Part shown: positions 40,604 to 53,490 of the stretch, one piece after another
How positions within the stretch are numbered: the stretch's first letter is position 1
Layout of the letters: every line of letters begins with the position of its first letter
Source: an uncultured Maritimibacter sp.
GTDB taxonomy: Bacteria > Pseudomonadota > Alphaproteobacteria > Rhodobacterales > Rhodobacteraceae
DNA: 64,000 bases
Strand: one strand, 5' to 3'
NCBI RefSeq assembly: GCF_937129605.1
Contig: NZ_CAKZNN010000007.1
The notes under the pieces: model-generated
Told to the model about the DNA's origin: nothing
The model's input: only the letters and a program-made list of their open reading frames with translations
Databases searched by the model: none
Program-made: the position numbers and the translations under genes

Positions 40604-42445
40604 CTAGACCACCGGCGTCACGACACGCGCGCCCGTCTCGGGTTTCGCGCCCAGTATCACCTCAAGCGGGTCGTGCTCGGCCACCCAATGTCCCGGCGCG
40701 ACCTGCTCGAGCCGGGGCGTATAGTCCCCCTGCCCCGCAGCCAGTTTGGAGGGCAGGAACCGGAGCGCCGCCCTGGGGTCGAGCGGTGAGGGCAATTCGC
40801 CGGGGATGCGGATGCGCTCGCGGCTTCGTTCAAGCTCCGGGTCCGGGATCGGCACCGCCGAGATCAGCGCCTTGGTATACGGATGTCGCGGCCCTTCCAC
40901 CACATCCCCCGCCGCGCCAAGCTCCACGATCCGGCCCAGATAGAGCACCATGATCCGGTTCGAAATCGCGCGCACCACCGACAGGTCATGCGAGATGAAG
41001 ATCATCGACATCCCGAACTCGGCCTGCAAGTCCTTCAGAAGCTGCACGATCTGCGCTTGGATCGACACGTCGAGCGCCGACACCGCCTCGTCGCAGATGA
41101 TTAGCTTGGGCTGGTTGATCATCGCGCGGGCGATCCCGACGCGCTGGTTCTGGCCGCCGGACAGCTCGTGCGGGTAGCGGTTGTAATAGGTCTGATCCAG
41201 CCCCACCCGCTCCATCATCGCGATCACCTTGTCGCGGCGCTGGGTCTTCGTCAGGCCGGGCTGAAAGGTCTTGAGCGGTTCCGTAATCGAGTCCGCGATG
41301 GTCATGCGCGGATCGAGGCTCGCGAGCGGGTCCTGAAAGACGAGCTGCATGTCGCGCCGCGATTTCGTCATCTCGCGCTTGTCCAATTCGGTGAGCGACC
41401 GCCCCAGCCACGTCACCGATCCATCGGTCGGCTCGATCAGCCGCAGAACCGCGCGCGCCATCGTGGACTTGCCGCAACCGCTTTCCCCCACGACGCCCAG
41501 CGTCTCGCCCTTGGCCAGGTCGAAGGTCACGCCGTTCACCGCCTTGAGCGGAATGGTGCGCCCGAAAAGCCCACCTTTGACCCGGATCGGGAAATGCACC
41601 TTGATGTCGTCGGCGGACAGGAGCGGCGCGGCATCGGCGCCGGTCCCTTCCGGCGCCCCCTTGTCGTCGATGCGCGGCATGGCATCGAGGAGTTTGCGGG
41701 TATAGGCGTGTTCCGGCGCCTTGAACACCTGCATCACGTCGCCCGACTCCACGTATTCGCCCAGCCGCATCACCTCGATCCGGTCGCACATGCGGGCGAC
41801 CACGCCCATGTCATGGGTGATGAGCGCAATCGCGGTGCCCTGTTCGCGTTGCAGTTCCGCCATCAGGTCGAGGATCTCCGCCTGCACGGTCACATCGAGC
41901 GCAGTGGTCGGTTCGTCCGCAATGAGCAGCTTCGGCTCGCAGAGCATCGCCTGTGCGATCATCACCCTTTGGCGCATCCCGCCGGATAGTTCGTGGGGGT
42001 ATTGATCCAGCCGCCGCTCGGCCTCGGGGATCTGCACGCGATTGAGCCAGTCGAGGCACTGCCGCCGCGCCACCGCGCCCGACAGGCCGCAGTGGACCTT
42101 GAGCACCTCGGCCATCTGGTCGCCCACCTTCAGATGCGGAGTCAAAGCGGTCAGCGGGTCTTGGAAGATCATCCCCACATCCGCGCCTCTCAGCTTGTTC
42201 AGCTTGCCCACGGGCAGGTTCAGGATCTCGGACCCCTGAAACGTCACGGACCCCGTGGCCCGGCCATTGGGCGGCAAGAGCCCCATGGCAGCCATGAAGC
42301 TCTGCGATTTGCCCGAGCCGGATTCCCCAACAATGCCAAGACATTCGCCCGGAGCGATGTCGAAGCTCACGCCCTTGACGGCATGGACGGGGCCATCGTT
42401 GGTGTCGAAGGTGACGGTCAGGTCGCGTGCGGAAAGAACGGTCAT
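40604..42445 (-). CDS. Oligopeptide ABC transporter, fused double ATPase (OppD-OppF)
   Basis: Two Walker [17 protein letters not shown], two YPHELSGG signatures, C-terminal HPYT. Confidence 0.93.
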   Translation of the reverse strand: MTVLSARDLTVTFDTNDGPVHAVKGVSFDIAPGECLGIVGESGSGKSQSFMAAMGLLPPNGRATGSVTFQGSEILNLPVGKLNKLRGADVGMIFQDPLTALTPHLKVGDQMAEVLKVHCGLSGAVARRQCLDWLNRVQIPEAERRLDQYPHELSGGMRQRVMIAQAMLCEPKLLIADEPTTALDVTVQAEILDLMAELQREQGTAIALITHDMGVVARMCDRIEVMRLGEYVESGDVMQVFKAPEHAYTRKLLDAMPRIDDKGAPEGTGADAAPLLSADDIKVHFPIRVKGGLFGRTIPLKAVNGVTFDLAKGETLGVVGESGCGKSTMARAVLRLIEPTDGSVTWLGRSLTELDKREMTKSRRDMQLVFQDPLASLDPRMTIADSITEPLKTFQPGLTKTQRRDKVIAMMERVGLDQTYYNRYPHELSGGQNQRVGIARAMINQPKLIICDEAVSALDVSIQAQIVQLLKDLQAEFGMSMIFISHDLSVVRAISNRIMVLYLGRIVELGAAGDVVEGPRHPYTKALISAVPIPDPELERSRERIRIPGELPSPLDPRAALRFLPSKLAAGQGDYTPRLEQVAPGHWVAEHDPLEVILGAKPETGARVVTPVV

Positions 42446-42446
42446 G

Positions 42447-43379
42447 TCAGCGGTCCTTCGGGTCGAGAGCATCGCGCAGGCCATCACCGATGAAGAACAT
42501 CGTCATGATGATCGCGACGTAGAAGAAGAGCGGGTAGAGCAGTTGCCAGGTGGTGCCATAAGCCATGGTTCCGGCCCCTTCCGCGATCAGCTTGCCAAGC
42601 GAAGTATAGGGTTCGGAAATGCCAAGCCCGAGGAACGAGATGAAGCTCTCGGTCAGGATCATCTCGGGCACCAGAAGGGACGCATAGACGATCACCACGC
42701 CGATGAGGTTGGGCAGGATGTGCCGCACCATGATCGTCCCCTCGGACACGCCCGCCGCCCGCGCCGCCTCGATGAACTCGCGGTTCTTGAGGCTCAGTGT
42801 CTGCGCGCGCACGATCCGCGCCATGGTGAGCCAGCCGAAAGCACCGAGCGCGACGAAGAGCATGAGGAACGACCGCCCGGCGATCACCATGAGCAGGATG
42901 ATGATCAGCGTCGTGGGGATGGCGAGCAAGATGTCGACGAAACGCATCATCCCGCTGTCGATCCGCCCGCCCACGTAGCCCGCGATCAGGCCAAAGGTGG
43001 TGCCGATGATGAGTGCTGTCGCGGCACCGACGACCCCGACGAGCAGCGACGTGCCGGTCGCTTGTATGACACGGGAATAAAGGTCGCGGCCCAGTTCATC
43101 GAGGCCAAAGTAATGCCCGTTCTCGATGGACGGCATCCCGGATGTGGCGATGTCGCCCATCCTCTCCCAATCAATTTCCTCGTTGTCCCACTGGGCAAAG
43201 AGTGGGCCAATGAGCACAAACAACACGATCAGGCCCAGCACCACGACCGATGCCATCGCCGCCTTGTTGCGGATGAACCGGCGGTAGGCGTCTTGCAGCA
43301 GCGAGCGGCCTTTGACCGGCAGAACGTCGGTCACGTCATCCGCGATCTGCGCGGCTTTAACGGAGCTTCCAAATGCCAT
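42447..43379 (-). CDS. oppC: Oligopeptide ABC permease OppC
   Basis: [39 protein letters not shown]. Confidence 0.92.
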   Translation of the reverse strand: MAFGSSVKAAQIADDVTDVLPVKGRSLLQDAYRRFIRNKAAMASVVVLGLIVLFVLIGPLFAQWDNEEIDWERMGDIATSGMPSIENGHYFGLDELGRDLYSRVIQATGTSLLVGVVGAATALIIGTTFGLIAGYVGGRIDSGMMRFVDILLAIPTTLIIILLMVIAGRSFLMLFVALGAFGWLTMARIVRAQTLSLKNREFIEAARAAGVSEGTIMVRHILPNLIGVVIVYASLLVPEMILTESFISFLGLGISEPYTSLGKLIAEGAGTMAYGTTWQLLYPLFFYVAIIMTMFFIGDGLRDALDPKDR

Positions 43380-43390
43380 GATGCCCCCCC

Positions 43391-44314
43391 TCAGTAACGG
43401 ATTTTCGGATCGAACCAGGCATAGGCCAGGTCGGTGAGAAGGTTCACAAAGACGGTGAGCACGCCGTATAGGATCGTGACCCCCAGCAGCACGGCATAGT
43501 CCCGCGTCAGCGCCGACCCGACATAGGCCTGGCCCAGACCGCCGGTCGAGAAATAGAGGTCCACGAAGACCGACCCGGTGAGCACATAGACGAACACCGG
43601 ACCAAGGTAGCTCACCACCGGCAGAAGCGTCGGCTTCATCGCGTGTCTCCAGATCACGGCGCGCATCGGCAGTCCCTTGGCCCGCGCGGTGCGGATGAAG
43701 TTAGAGTTGAGCACCTCGAGCATCGAGGACCGCGTGAGCCGCGCGATGTTGCCCATGTAGGACGTGGACAGTGCGATCACCGGCATGATCAGATATTGCC
43801 ACTGCCCGCCGTTCCAGCCGCCGCCGGGCAGAATGCCTAGCCAGAGCGTGAAGGTCAGGATGAGGATCGGGCCCATGATGAAGTTGGGCAGCGCCTGCGC
43901 GGCGATGCCCAGCGTCACGGCGAAATAGTCGATAAAGGTGTTGTGTCGGATCGCGGCCCAGACACCGAGACCCACGCCCACCAGCGTCGCCACGACGAAG
44001 GCGAGCGAACCGTAGGTCAGCGAAATCGGGAAGCCCTGCGCGATGATGTCGTTCACGTCGCGGTCCTTGAACTTGAAGGACGGGCCGAAATCGAAATGCA
44101 GGATGATGTTGGACATATAGTCCCAGAGCTGCTTCCACAGCGGTTGGTCGAGGCCATAGCGCGCCTCGATATTCGCCAGCACGGCGGGCGGCAGCGGGCG
44201 TTCCGACGTGAACGGGCCACCGGGCGCGAAGTGGATCAGAAAGAACGAGGCGACGATCAGCAGCAGGATCGTCGGAATGGCGATCAGCAGACGCTTGAGG
44301 ATATAGGCCAGCAT
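43391..44314 (-). CDS. oppB: Oligopeptide ABC permease OppB
   Basis: APGGPFTSER, DFGPSFK, FIRTARAKGL, DLAYAWFDPKIRY. Confidence 0.93.
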   Translation of the reverse strand: MLAYILKRLLIAIPTILLLIVASFFLIHFAPGGPFTSERPLPPAVLANIEARYGLDQPLWKQLWDYMSNIILHFDFGPSFKFKDRDVNDIIAQGFPISLTYGSLAFVVATLVGVGLGVWAAIRHNTFIDYFAVTLGIAAQALPNFIMGPILILTFTLWLGILPGGGWNGGQWQYLIMPVIALSTSYMGNIARLTRSSMLEVLNSNFIRTARAKGLPMRAVIWRHAMKPTLLPVVSYLGPVFVYVLTGSVFVDLYFSTGGLGQAYVGSALTRDYAVLLGVTILYGVLTVFVNLLTDLAYAWFDPKIRY

Positions 44315-44387
44315 GGGCGCTCCAATACCGATGACCGCGCCCCCCTGTCCTGGGGGCGCGGATCGTTAGGATGCGAGCAACGCGCGG

Positions 44388-46013
44388 TTACTCGGCAATC
44401 TTGTAGAGGTTCTTCGAATACCAGTTCTGCTCGACGTTGTTGACGGGCCAGTTGCCCAGATCGGTGTCGAGCATGTAGACGCCGGCATAGTGATAGATCG
44501 GAATCACCGGCATCTCGTCATAGATGATCTCTTCGACCTCGGTATAGAGCGGGCCGGTGTCATCGGCGGTCTTGGCGTTCTCGAGCAGTTCATCGACACG
44601 GGCGTTCGAGAATTTGCCATCGTTGTATCCCGACTGGCTGTCGAGCAGGTCGAGGAACGTGGACGCCTCGTTGTAATCGCCGCACCAGGCACCCCGCGCC
44701 ATGTCGAAGTTCTGGTTGCCGCGCTCTTCGAGGAAGACCTTCCACTCCATGTTGGCGAGCGTCGCCTGCACGCCCAACTTGGATTTCCACATCTGGCTCA
44801 GGGCCACGGCGACCTTCTCGTGGTCGTCGGAGGTGTTGTAGACCATCTCGAACTCGAGCGGATTGTCGGGGCCATAGCCCGCCTCGGCCAGCAGATCTTT
44901 GGCCATAGCATCACGGTCGGCCTGCGTCATGCTCGCCCATTCAAGTGCGGGCGGCTCGAACCCTGCGACGGCGGCGGGGGTAAAGGTATAGGCGGGCGGC
45001 TGGCCGCCTTGCATGACCTTTTCCACGATGATGTCGCGGTCCACGGCAAGCGCCAGCGCCTTGCGGACGTTCACATCCTTGAAAGCCTCAGGCCCGCCCT
45101 CGGAGACGTTGAAGGTGTAGTAGTAGTTGCACAGACGCGGAAAGCTCGTGGCTTCATCCGGGTAGTCCTGCGACATCTTCGGATACTGGCCGGCGGGAAT
45201 TTCGGTGCGGTCCAGTTCACCGGCAAGGTAACGGGTCAGCGCCACGTTTTCGTCGTTGATGACGAGTGCGATCGTCTTGTCGATGATCGTGTTCTCGTTG
45301 TCCCAATACATCTCGTTGCGCTCGCGCACCGACCGTTCGTTGGGCAGGTGCTCGGTCAGCACATAAGCGCCGTTCGACACGATGTTCTCGGGCTTGGTCC
45401 AATCCTCACCGAACTCCTCGATCACCTTCTGCGGGGCCGGAAAGGTCGTCGCGTGGGTCGTCATCTGCGGAAAATAGGGCAAGGGCGAGGTAAGTTTGAC
45501 CTCGAGCGTATGGTCGTCCACGGCGGTGACGCCCAGCGTGCCGGGTTCAGCCGTGCCCGCGATGATCTCGGACGCGCCCTCGATCGACATAAGCTCGATG
45601 AACCACTGGTAAGGGCTGGCGAGCGCCGGATCGGCGGCGCGGTTCCAGGCATAGACGAAGTCGCCCGCGACCACGGGATCGCCGTTCGACCACTTGGCAT
45701 TGTCGCGCAGGGTAAAGGTATAGGTCAGCTTGTCGTCCGACACCTCGTAGCCCGTGGCCACGCCCGGCACGAGGTTGCCGTCCTCGTCCTGGTTCATCAG
45801 GCCCTCGAACAGGTCGCGCACGATTTCCGAACCGGTCACGTCCTCGACCACCTGTGGATCGACCGAGGAATGCTCGTCGAGCACGCGGTAGGTAAAGGTT
45901 TGATCATCCGCGAGGGTTACGCCCTCGGGCACATGCGAGGCGGCCATGGCGGCCCCGGTCAGCATGGTGGACGACAGAAGCGCCGCCAGCGCAAAGCGCG
46001 TGGTCTGTGTCAT
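44388..46013 (-). CDS. oppA: Oligopeptide ABC substrate-binding protein OppA
   Basis: Signal peptide; LFEGL, YTFTLRDNAKWSNGDPV, WCGDYNEASTFL. Confidence 0.93.
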   Translation of the reverse strand: MTQTTRFALAALLSSTMLTGAAMAASHVPEGVTLADDQTFTYRVLDEHSSVDPQVVEDVTGSEIVRDLFEGLMNQDEDGNLVPGVATGYEVSDDKLTYTFTLRDNAKWSNGDPVVAGDFVYAWNRAADPALASPYQWFIELMSIEGASEIIAGTAEPGTLGVTAVDDHTLEVKLTSPLPYFPQMTTHATTFPAPQKVIEEFGEDWTKPENIVSNGAYVLTEHLPNERSVRERNEMYWDNENTIIDKTIALVINDENVALTRYLAGELDRTEIPAGQYPKMSQDYPDEATSFPRLCNYYYTFNVSEGGPEAFKDVNVRKALALAVDRDIIVEKVMQGGQPPAYTFTPAAVAGFEPPALEWASMTQADRDAMAKDLLAEAGYGPDNPLEFEMVYNTSDDHEKVAVALSQMWKSKLGVQATLANMEWKVFLEERGNQNFDMARGAWCGDYNEASTFLDLLDSQSGYNDGKFSNARVDELLENAKTADDTGPLYTEVEEIIYDEMPVIPIYHYAGVYMLDTDLGNWPVNNVEQNWYSKNLYKIAE

Positions 46014-46352
46014 AGGTGGTTTCTCCCCGTTGTTTTGCGACGGATGCGGCGCGTCCCGGCCCCGCCCTGTCGTTTTTACCGATTGGTCGATCCTAGCCTG
46101 ACAACGGACCCTCACAAGCGAATGCAACGGTGACGTGAGGAAAGCCTGCGGAAATTTGCTCAAATTCCGATGTACCATTTCGTCCCGCGGTCGAACCGAG
46201 GCGAACAGGTGCCTGGCCACGCGGCGTACGTACCCCGAATCATTTCGGTATACCGTCGCACACATTGACTTGCCCGCCCCTGTGGCTTAGGGCGGAGGCA
46301 ACATGGCGGAGGGGCTATTCCCTTCGCGATTCCCGACAGGATGGAGAGCAAG

Positions 46353-48551
<2,199 letters not shown>

Positions 48552-48572
48552 GAGCCACGCCAACGCAGGATC

Positions 48573-48600
48573 AGGGCGGCGCGAGAGCGTCGCCCTTTTT
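48573..48600 (+). terminator. Terminator after icd
   Basis: AGGGCGGCGC-GAGA-GCGTCGCCCT-TTTT. Confidence 0.85.
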
Positions 48601-48655
48601 CATGCGCGACCGCAGTCAAATCGACGGTCCATAAACGGACATTCGTGCGAGGCCG

Positions 48656-48691
48656 GATTCCGGGATTCTAGAATTCTAGAATCCCGGAATC
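48656..48691. repeat. Perfect 36-bp palindrome built from four octamers
   Basis: GATTCCGG GATTCTAG AATT CTAGAATC CCGGAATC is its own reverse complement. Confidence 0.85.
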
Positions 48692-48759
48692 AAAAAGCTT
48701 CAACAAAAGCGCTGCCTTCGAAACGAAATTCTGAGGGATACCTTAACAGGCAGCCGCAC

Positions 48760-49455
48760 CTAAACGGACACGCCCTTGAGCAACTGCTCGCGCGTCACCT
48801 CGCCCTTTGGTCCAGCCAGCGTCACCGCACCCCGCCGCAGCACCACAAAACGATCCCCAAGGTCATGGGCGAAATCGAAGAACTGCTCGACCAGCACGAT
48901 GGCCATCTTGCCCTCGTCGCGCAGCATCTGGATGACGCGCCCGATCTGCTGGATGATGTTGGGCTGAATGCCCTCGGTCGGCTCGTCAAGCAGAAGGAGT
49001 TTAGGCTTCGTGATCAGCGCCCGGGCAATCGCCAACTGCTGCTGCTGCCCGCCCGACAGGTCACCGCCCCGACGGTTCTGCATTTCCTTGAGCACCGGAA
49101 ACAGCTCGAACATCGCCTCCGGCACCTCGTGTTCACCCTTGGGCAGGCAGGCAAAGGCCGTCTCCATGTTCTCGCGCACGGTCAGCAGCGGGAAGATCTC
49201 GCGCCCCTGCGGCACCAGCGCGATCCCCTTCTGGGCGAGCGCATGGGGCGACATGACGGGGAGCGTTTCGCCGTCCAGCACCATGGTCCCGCCGGATCGC
49301 GGATGCCGCCCGCAGATCGCGCGGATAAGGGATGTCTTGCCTACCCCGTTCGTGCCCATGACACAGGTGATCTTGCCCGTCTCGGCTTCCATACTGATCC
49401 CGTTCAGGATCCGCGAATGGCCATAATGCAGGGTGAAGTCGTCGATTTTCAGCAT
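48760..49455 (-). CDS. urtE: Urea ABC transporter ATPase UrtE
   Basis: GTNGVGKTSL, VPQGREIFP, LSGGQQQQLAIARAL, DEPTEGIQP. Confidence 0.94.
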   Translation of the reverse strand: MLKIDDFTLHYGHSRILNGISMEAETGKITCVMGTNGVGKTSLIRAICGRHPRSGGTMVLDGETLPVMSPHALAQKGIALVPQGREIFPLLTVRENMETAFACLPKGEHEVPEAMFELFPVLKEMQNRRGGDLSGGQQQQLAIARALITKPKLLLLDEPTEGIQPNIIQQIGRVIQMLRDEGKMAIVLVEQFFDFAHDLGDRFVVLRRGAVTLAGPKGEVTREQLLKGVSV

Positions 49456-49456
49456 G

Positions 49457-50197
49457 TTACCGCCCCAGATACACGTCGATGACCTGCTGGTTCGACGTCA
49501 CATGGTCCAAGGACCCCTCGGCCAGAACCGATCCCTCGTGCAGGACCGTCACCTTGCAATTCAGCCGCCGCACGAACTCCATATCGTGTTCGACCACGAC
49601 CACGGCCCGCGTCTTGGCCGCCTCGACCAGAATGTCGGTGGTCTTTTCCCGCTCCTCCGGCGTCATCCCCGCCGCCGGTTCATCGACCAGCAAGAGGCGC
49701 GGTTCCTGCGCCAACAGCATCCCGATCTCAAGCCACTGCTTCTGCCCATGCGACAGCTCGCCCGATTTGCGCATCAGTTCATTGGCAAGCCCGATCTCGG
49801 CGGCGAGTTCCGCCACCCGGTTCATGTCGGCATCCGAGGGCTTCCAGAACAGCACGGAGAACGCCCCGCGCTTGTTCTTCACGGCCATGAGGAGGTTCTC
49901 CTCGACCGTCTGATCCTCGAAGACCGTGGGCTTCTGGAATTTGCGCCCGATTCCCTCCTGCGCGATGCGCGCCTCGTTCATGCCGACGAGGTTGCGGGAC
50001 AATTCACCCCAAAGCACCTTGCCCGTATCCGGCCGCGTCTTGCCGGTCACGATGTCCATAAAGGTCGTCTTGCCCGCGCCATTGGGCCCGATGATCGCCC
50101 GCATCTCGGCGGGGCCGATGTTGAACGACAGGTTGTTGATGGCGCGGAAGCCGTCAAAGGTGACGGAAATGCCGTTCACTTCCAGAAGCGTGCTCAT
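49457..50197 (-). CDS. urtD: Urea ABC transporter ATPase UrtD
   Basis: GPNGAGKTT, GIGRKFQKPTVF, LSHGQKQWLEIGM, VYLGR. Confidence 0.95.
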   Translation of the reverse strand: MSTLLEVNGISVTFDGFRAINNLSFNIGPAEMRAIIGPNGAGKTTFMDIVTGKTRPDTGKVLWGELSRNLVGMNEARIAQEGIGRKFQKPTVFEDQTVEENLLMAVKNKRGAFSVLFWKPSDADMNRVAELAAEIGLANELMRKSGELSHGQKQWLEIGMLLAQEPRLLLVDEPAAGMTPEEREKTTDILVEAAKTRAVVVVEHDMEFVRRLNCKVTVLHEGSVLAEGSLDHVTSNQQVIDVYLGR

Positions 50198-51423
50198 TCC
50201 TCGGCCTCCCGTTCGCGCAAGCTGCCCTGATCCGGGCCAAGGTCGGCCCCGTGCCGGTCCGGCGTGCGCCGTTCCGCGATCAGGTCAAAGAGACCGCCGA
50301 TCCCCTTGGGCGCGAAGAGCGTGACGAGCACGAAGGACAGGCCCAGAAGGATGGTCCACCAGTCGACCCATTGGATGCGGTAGAATCCGAGGTTGATGTC
50401 CGGCGCCTGACCGCCGGTGAAATAGGTCGACACGAGCGACACGAAGACCGCGCCTAGCACCGCCCCGTAAAGTCGCCCCCGGCCCCCGATGGCCACCCAG
50501 ACGGCGAGGTAGATCGATGCGATCGGCGCGATTTCCGCCGGGTTGATGATGCCCGCCTGCGGATAATACAGCGCACCCGCGACCCCCGCGATCATGGCCG
50601 TCACCGTGAAGAGAAACAGCTTGTAGCCCTCGACCGAATACCCCAGGAACCGCACCCGTGCCTCGTTGTCGCGGATGCCGCGAATGACCGATCCGAACTT
50701 GCCGGACACGATCCAGGCAGCAAAGATATAGCCAAGGGCGAGCGCCAGCGCCGAGGCCCAGAAGAACCAGATCGACACATAGTCCTGCGATGCGGTCACG
50801 CCTGGAAGGTTCTGGAGGCCCGAGAGCCCGTTGTTGCCCCGCAAGCCGCTATCGTTCTGGAAGAGGTAGAGCGACAGGGCGAGCGTCATGGCCTGCGTCA
50901 GGATCGACAGGTAGACCCCCGTGACCCGGGACCGGAAGGCGAGCCAGCCGAAGACGAAGGCAAGCACACCGGGCACTGCGACGACCAGCAGGAGCTGCAT
51001 GAAGAGGCTGTCGGCAAAGAACCAGATGACCGGAAATTCGGATGACCCGACCACCCCGAAAATCTGCGTCCCGATGCCGTCCACCACCTCCTGCGCCGTT
51101 GGCGGGATCGGGTTCTGCGCCATGGAGGTCGCCACGATCTCTTTCGTCCGCTCATACATAAGCCACATGCCGATCATGTAGCCGCCCAGCCCGAAGAAGG
51201 CGAAATGGCCCAGCGACAGGATACCCGCATAGCCCCAGACGAGGTCCATCGCGACCGCGATCAGCGCGAGGCAGAGCGTCTTGCCCAGCGTTTTCACGAA
51301 GGAGGTCGAGATGATCCCCGCGCCGAAGGCTTCGGAGGAAAAGGTGACAAGGATCGTAAAGACCGTCAACACCGCGAGGAAAATCATGACCGAGGGGTTC
51401 TTGATGAGAAAGCTGCGTTGCAT
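50194..51423 (-). CDS. urtC: Urea ABC permease UrtC
   Basis: DLVWGYAGILSLGH, FRSRVTGVYLSI, IRDNEARVRFLGY, VWVAIGGRG. Confidence 0.94.
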   Translation of the reverse strand: MQRSFLIKNPSVMIFLAVLTVFTILVTFSSEAFGAGIISTSFVKTLGKTLCLALIAVAMDLVWGYAGILSLGHFAFFGLGGYMIGMWLMYERTKEIVATSMAQNPIPPTAQEVVDGIGTQIFGVVGSSEFPVIWFFADSLFMQLLLVVAVPGVLAFVFGWLAFRSRVTGVYLSILTQAMTLALSLYLFQNDSGLRGNNGLSGLQNLPGVTASQDYVSIWFFWASALALALGYIFAAWIVSGKFGSVIRGIRDNEARVRFLGYSVEGYKLFLFTVTAMIAGVAGALYYPQAGIINPAEIAPIASIYLAVWVAIGGRGRLYGAVLGAVFVSLVSTYFTGGQAPDINLGFYRIQWVDWWTILLGLSFVLVTLFAPKGIGGLFDLIAERRTPDRHGADLGPDQGSLREREAEE

Positions 51424-51426
51424 GGC

Positions 51427-53424
51427 TCAATCCCCCGCCGCGCGACCCTTGAGGGCGATGATGCCCCTTGGCCGGAATTGGATGAAGATGATGATGAAGA
51501 TGATCATGTAGGTCTGCGCCGCCAGCGTGTTGGACGGGTTGAACCACTCGATCCCCTTCTGGAGGATACCGATCAGCCCGGCGCCCAAAAGCGTGCCCCA
51601 GATGTTGCCGACACCGCCGACGACGACCGTCATGAAGCTTTGCACGATATAGGCCTGCCCGATCTCGGACGTGACCTGCGCATAAAGCCCGATGGCGACC
51701 CCCGCGATCCCGGCGATGCCCGAACCCAGCCCGAAGGTCAGCATGTTCACCCGCTCGGGGTTGATGCCCATGGCGCTGGCCATGCCGCGGTTCTGCGTCA
51801 CGGCACGGGTTTCCAGCCCCAGCCGTGTGCGCTTCATGATGAACAGGAACACGGCGAGGAAGATGAGCGCGAGCACGAAGATCGCGATCCGCACCGTCGA
51901 AATCGACACCACGTCGTTCATCACCCATGCCCCACCCAGCCAGTCGGGCGAGGTCAGGGGCCGCGCCTGCGTGCCGAAGATGTTCTTTGCCAATTGTTGC
52001 AGCGCAATCGAAATGCCAAAAGTCGCGAGCAGCGTTTCCAGCGGCCGGTTGTAGAGGTATCGGATCACCAGCCGCTCCATCGCCACCCCGGCGGCGAATG
52101 TCACGGCGAAGGCCAGCGGAATGGCGAGCAGGATCGACGCCGTGTGATTGGGGACGATCTGCTGCACGACATAGCCCGTGTAGGCGCCCATCATGATGAA
52201 CTCGCCATGGGCCATGTTGATGACCCCCATCACGCCAAAGGTGATGGCGAGGCCGATGGCCGCGAGGAAATAGATCGACCCCAACGACAGAGCGTCGAGG
52301 CCGAGGTCGAAGATCTGGAACAGTCCCACCTTTGTTTCGATGGCGGTGAGCGCGGATTGCGCCGCGTCGGTCACGTCGGCATTGGGTTCGGAATAGACGG
52401 CGGCAAAGACCTTGCCGTCGAGCGCCGCGTCCACATCGTCCTCGGTCGCCGCCGGGGGCACGGTGCCCGCGGCCTCCAGCGCCTCGAACGCTGCCACGCG
52501 CCGTTCGGGGTCGGACAACTCGGCCACCGGCACGCCGCCCACGGCACCGTCCACGATGTTGGCCTGCAAGAGGCCGCGCAGCGCATCGTCGGTCAGGAGC
52601 GGCTCGCCGTCGGTGAGCGCATAGGCTTCTTCGCGCGACAGGGCTTCGGACCCCACGCGAAGTTCGCGCGCCACGTTCACGTCGTCCGGGATGGCGCCGT
52701 CAAAGGCCATGATCCGCGTCGCGACCAGCGGGTTGAGCGCGCCGCGCACGGCAACGTCCAGATTGCCCGCCACGCTCTCGATCGCCGCGATCCGGTTCGC
52801 CGGGTCGGTGCCATAGGTGATGGTGATGAGCTTTTCGAGCCGCTCCTTGCGCGCCCTGATGTCCGCGTCTTCTTCGTTGTCGATCGAGGCGCGCAGCACC
52901 CCCAGCAGGTCCTCGCTCGCGTTGCGTTCGAGCGACGCGAGTGCTTCACGCCGTTTCGCGGGGTCTGGGTCGTTCAGTTGGAATGCGACGAGTGCCGAGC
53001 CGATCAGCCCTTGTATGCCCGAGTTCGGCTTGATCTGTTCGATGTCGTCCTTGGTAACGGTCGCCACGACCTCGCCGGTGTCGAAGTCGGTCAGCGCGTA
53101 GCCGTCACCGGCCTTCACCGCCTTGAAGAACTGCCCGTCCGAGATGCGCTGCCACATGTCGCGCGCCTGCCACGTCTCGAGAACGAAAGGCGCTGCGTCC
53201 AGCCCCGATCCGGCAACCGCGTCGATGGCGGGCTGGATCGTGCGACGCGAGCTGTCCACGATCAGCTCGGACACGGATTGCAGGACCTCCTGCATCGGAC
53301 CCAGCGCGACCGCTTCCGTTTCAGATGCGGTTTCGTTTGTTGGCTCGGTCGCGGCGTCCTGTGCCACCACCTGTGTCGCGAGGCAAAACATCGCCAGCAC
53401 GACCACCAATAGGCGTTTCAACAT
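51427..53424 (-). CDS. urtB: Urea ABC permease UrtB with a large N-terminal periplasmic extension
   Basis: C-terminal GLAITFGVMGVINMAHGEFIMMGAY, RPLETLLATFG, QFRPRG; about 370-aa signal-peptide-led extension. Confidence 0.92.
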   Translation of the reverse strand: MLKRLLVVVLAMFCLATQVVAQDAATEPTNETASETEAVALGPMQEVLQSVSELIVDSSRRTIQPAIDAVAGSGLDAAPFVLETWQARDMWQRISDGQFFKAVKAGDGYALTDFDTGEVVATVTKDDIEQIKPNSGIQGLIGSALVAFQLNDPDPAKRREALASLERNASEDLLGVLRASIDNEEDADIRARKERLEKLITITYGTDPANRIAAIESVAGNLDVAVRGALNPLVATRIMAFDGAIPDDVNVARELRVGSEALSREEAYALTDGEPLLTDDALRGLLQANIVDGAVGGVPVAELSDPERRVAAFEALEAAGTVPPAATEDDVDAALDGKVFAAVYSEPNADVTDAAQSALTAIETKVGLFQIFDLGLDALSLGSIYFLAAIGLAITFGVMGVINMAHGEFIMMGAYTGYVVQQIVPNHTASILLAIPLAFAVTFAAGVAMERLVIRYLYNRPLETLLATFGISIALQQLAKNIFGTQARPLTSPDWLGGAWVMNDVVSISTVRIAIFVLALIFLAVFLFIMKRTRLGLETRAVTQNRGMASAMGINPERVNMLTFGLGSGIAGIAGVAIGLYAQVTSEIGQAYIVQSFMTVVVGGVGNIWGTLLGAGLIGILQKGIEWFNPSNTLAAQTYMIIFIIIFIQFRPRGIIALKGRAAGD

Positions 53425-53446
53425 CAGCCCCACCCCGATGTAGTCA

Positions 53447-53478
53447 AAGAAGGGCGGCAGGTTGACCCCGCCGCCCGG
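53447..53478 (-). terminator. Stem-loop between urtA and urtB (attenuator/stabiliser)
   Basis: Minus strand GGGCGGC..GCCGCCC followed by TTCTTT. Confidence 0.6.
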
Positions 53479-53490
53479 TTTTTCTTGTTC

